64,000 nucleotides of DNA from Deltaproteobacteria bacterium (GTDB lineage Bacteria; Desulfobacterota; Desulfomonilia; UBA1062). How positions within the stretch are numbered: position 1 is the stretch's first letter; the number at the start of each line of letters is the position of its first letter. Shown in pieces: positions 61,882 to 64,000 of the stretch. The stretch covers positions 21,031 to 85,030 of the forward strand of contig JALNWY010000001.1 in NCBI GenBank assembly GCA_023230665.1, written 5' to 3'. The translations under genes were made by a program, and so were the position numbers. The notes beneath the pieces were generated by a model. The model was given only the letters and a program-made list of their open reading frames with translations, did no database searches and was not told the DNA's origin.

Positions 61882-62545
61882 GCATCTTCTGCCGATATAC
61901 GATAGGCCGATGATCTATTATCCCATCGAGGCGCTCACCAATGCCGGGATAAAAGAGATCATGGTGGTGACGGGTGGAAACAATGCAGGGGATTTTCTCC
62001 GGCTGCTGGGCAACGGCAAGGAGTTCGGGCTGAGCCGGATTCACTATGCCTATCAGGAAGGCGAGGGCGGGATCGCCGAGGCCCTGGGGCTGGCGGAGTC
62101 CTTTGCCGAGGGAAGGCCCATCTGTGTGGTGCTGGGTGATAACATCATCGAGAAGAACATCGTCCGGGCCGTCACCGAGTATCGACAACAGGGCGGGGGG
62201 GCCCGGATCATGCTCAAGAAAGTGCCCGACCCGGATCGCTTCGGCGTGCCGGTCTTCGAAGGAGACCGTATCACCGCTATCGAGGAAAAGCCGAAGGATC
62301 CAAAGAGCAGCTATGCCGTAATCGGGATCTACATGTACGACTCGCGGGTTTTCGACATTATCCACGGGCTTTCCCCCTCCAAGCGGGGAGAGCTGGAGAT
62401 CACGGACGTGAACAACGACTATATCCGCGCGGGCACCATGCAGTGGTCTATTCTCGACGGCTGGTGGACCGATGCGGGGACCATCGAGAGCCTGTTGAAG
62501 GCAGGAAATCTGGTGGCAAAGACGGGCGCCAACAAAAGAGACTAG
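61811..62545 (+). CDS. Sugar-phosphate nucleotidyltransferase (short RmlA-like glucose-1-phosphate thymidylyltransferase)
   Basis: GVVLAGGLGTRLHPLT N-terminal signature. 244 aa, shorter than the roughly 290 aa of canonical RmlA. Confidence 0.65.
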   Translation: MMRGVVLAGGLGTRLHPLTKVTNKHLLPIYDRPMIYYPIEALTNAGIKEIMVVTGGNNAGDFLRLLGNGKEFGLSRIHYAYQEGEGGIAEALGLAESFAEGRPICVVLGDNIIEKNIVRAVTEYRQQGGGARIMLKKVPDPDRFGVPVFEGDRITAIEEKPKDPKSSYAVIGIYMYDSRVFDIIHGLSPSKRGELEITDVNNDYIRAGTMQWSILDGWWTDAGTIESLLKAGNLVAKTGANKRD

Positions 62546-62576
62546 CGAGGGTGTCTTGAAAACAAAGGGGAAGCAC

Positions 62577-63593
62577 ATGAAGGTACTCGTGACGGGAGGC
62601 TGCGGATTCATCGGGACAAACCTTTTGCGCCACATTCTCGCAAACAGGCCTGACTGGAGCGTGGTGAACCTCGATCTGCTCACCTATGCCGGGAATCTCG
62701 AGAACACCATGGATCTGGCCGAGGCATATCCGGGGCGGTATGAGTTCGTCAAAGGAGACATCGCGGACCATGCGGGTGTCGACGCCCTGTTTTCCCGGCA
62801 TTCGTTCGATCTGGTGTTCAACCTTGCCGCGGAATCCCATGTGGACAGAAGCATCGAGGACTCGGGCATATTCGTGAGGACGAACATCCTGGGCGTTCAG
62901 GTGCTCCTCGACGCGGCGAGACGGCACAAGGCCGGCCGCTTTCTGCACGTCTCGACCGACGAGGTGTACGGCAGCTTGGGCCCAGAGGGGCGTTTCAGGG
63001 AGGACTTTCACCTGGCGCCCAACAGCCCGTACTCCGCGTCAAAGGCGGCCGCCGATCTTTTGGTGAGGTCCTACGTGAAGACCCACGGCCTGGATGCGGT
63101 GATCACCCGGTGCTCCAATAATTACGGGCCCTACCAGTTTCCGGAAAAGCTCATACCCCTGATGGTGATCAATGCCTTCAACGATAGGGAGCTCCCGGTG
63201 TACGGACAGGGCAGGAACGTGAGAGACTGGATCTACGTGGACGACCACTGCCGGGGGATCGTCATGGTGGCGGAGAACGGGAGGTGCGGCGAGGCCTACA
63301 ACATGGGCGGAGACGCGGAAAAGGAAAATATCCAGATCGTCCGGCTTATCCTCGAGAATCTGGCCAAGCCCGATTCCCTCATCCGGTTTGTCACCGACAG
63401 GCCGGGCCACGATTTCCGCTATGCCATGGACTTTGCGAAGATCGAAGCGGAGCTGGGCTGGCAGCCGGAACACGGGTTCGATGAAGGGTTGAGAAAGACC
63501 ATCGCGTGGTATCTGGGCAACCAGTCGTGGTGGGAGAAGATCCTTTCGGGAAGTTACCGGCACTATTATGAGAGGATGTACGGAAGCCGATGA
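62577..63593 (+). CDS. rmlB: dTDP-glucose 4,6-dehydratase
   Basis: VLVTGGCGFIG NAD-binding motif and YSASKAA catalytic YxxxK. Start at ATG 62577. Confidence 0.9.
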   Translation: MKVLVTGGCGFIGTNLLRHILANRPDWSVVNLDLLTYAGNLENTMDLAEAYPGRYEFVKGDIADHAGVDALFSRHSFDLVFNLAAESHVDRSIEDSGIFVRTNILGVQVLLDAARRHKAGRFLHVSTDEVYGSLGPEGRFREDFHLAPNSPYSASKAAADLLVRSYVKTHGLDAVITRCSNNYGPYQFPEKLIPLMVINAFNDRELPVYGQGRNVRDWIYVDDHCRGIVMVAENGRCGEAYNMGGDAEKENIQIVRLILENLAKPDSLIRFVTDRPGHDFRYAMDFAKIEAELGWQPEHGFDEGLRKTIAWYLGNQSWWEKILSGSYRHYYERMYGSR

Positions 63594-64000
63594 AGATTCT
63601 GATCACAGGATCCCGGGGTCTCCTTGGGCAGGAGGTGGCGGAGGTGTGCCGGAACCTGGGAGACGAGGTCCTGGCCACGGATATCGCCTCACCGTCAGCC
63701 CCGCTGGATATCACGAGCCCGGCAGCCGTCCGCGGGTTCCTTGCAGCGAACAGACCCGACTGGGTCGTCAACTGCGCGGCCTTCACCGATGTCGACGGCT
63801 GCGAAGAAAAAGAAGACCTTGCCTTCGAGCTGAATGCGCGAGCTCCGGGGCTCCTGGCCAGGGCCTGCGAAGAACATGGCGCGAAGCTCCTGCACGTCAG
63901 CACTGATTATGTCTTCGACGGCGAGAAGCTAGGCCCTTATGAAGAGGACGACGCGCCGAACCCCTTAAGCGTGTACGGAAAGAGCAAGCGCGCAGGCGAG
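63590..64000 (+). CDS. rmlD: dTDP-4-dehydrorhamnose reductase (partial; continues past the window end)
   Basis: I translated this in-frame by hand: MKILITGSRGLLGQEV ... HVSTDYVFDG ... NPLSVYGKSKRAGE (YxxxK). The ATG overlaps the rmlB stop. No stop codon appears before 64000. Confidence 0.75.
   Translation, partial: MKILITGSRGLLGQEVAEVCRNLGDEVLATDIASPSAPLDITSPAAVRGFLAANRPDWVVNCAAFTDVDGCEEKEDLAFELNARAPGLLARACEEHGAKLLHVSTDYVFDGEKLGPYEEDDAPNPLSVYGKSKRAGE

Overview
This window is mostly core chromosome from a high-GC Gram-negative bacterium. Gene content suggests a delta-proteobacterium-like (Desulfobacterota) organism, but that assignment is low confidence. I see no CRISPR array, no transposase or integrase, and no obvious defense island; most of the sequence is housekeeping. 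About 57 protein genes and one tRNA are supported.

The main blocks, in order:
- A TetR - HlyD-adaptor - RbbA-like double-ATPase/permease - ABC-2 permease exporter operon on the minus strand, followed by a B12-binding radical SAM gene.
- A DUF364/DUF4213 - moaA pair, an orphan MinD/ParA-like ATPase next to smc, and a yggT - divIVA - yggU cell-division cluster.
- A compact minus-strand array cca - hisD - murA - prmC - prfA - rpmE - rho, and a fadBA beta-oxidation pair.
- A GAF adenylate/guanylate cyclase translationally coupled to an HDOD protein with an unannotated N-terminal half.
- moeA, dksA, a purS-purL fusion and purQ.
- gyrA - gyrB - dnaN - parB - parA with no dnaA or recF in the window. 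A near-consensus parS site and a perfect DnaA box sit in an AT-rich stretch just upstream of parA. This is the most informative feature of the window (candidate oriC).
- A tRNA-Gly(CCC) in the position E. coli uses for metY, with a terminator/attenuator hairpin before rimP - nusA - ylxR - infB - DUF503 - rbfA - nrnA - truB - rpsO - pnp.
- An M16 peptidase, a low-GC hypothetical ORF carrying an internal DNA repeat, truA, and a partial dTDP-rhamnose cluster (rmlA-like, rmlB, rmlD running off the 3' edge).

All calls rest on motifs and domain order I recognise in the supplied translations. No database search was run. Many start codons are GTG or TTG, or overlap the upstream stop (ATGA/GTGA), and I adjusted starts where a Shine-Dalgarno sequence or homolog N-termini supported it.
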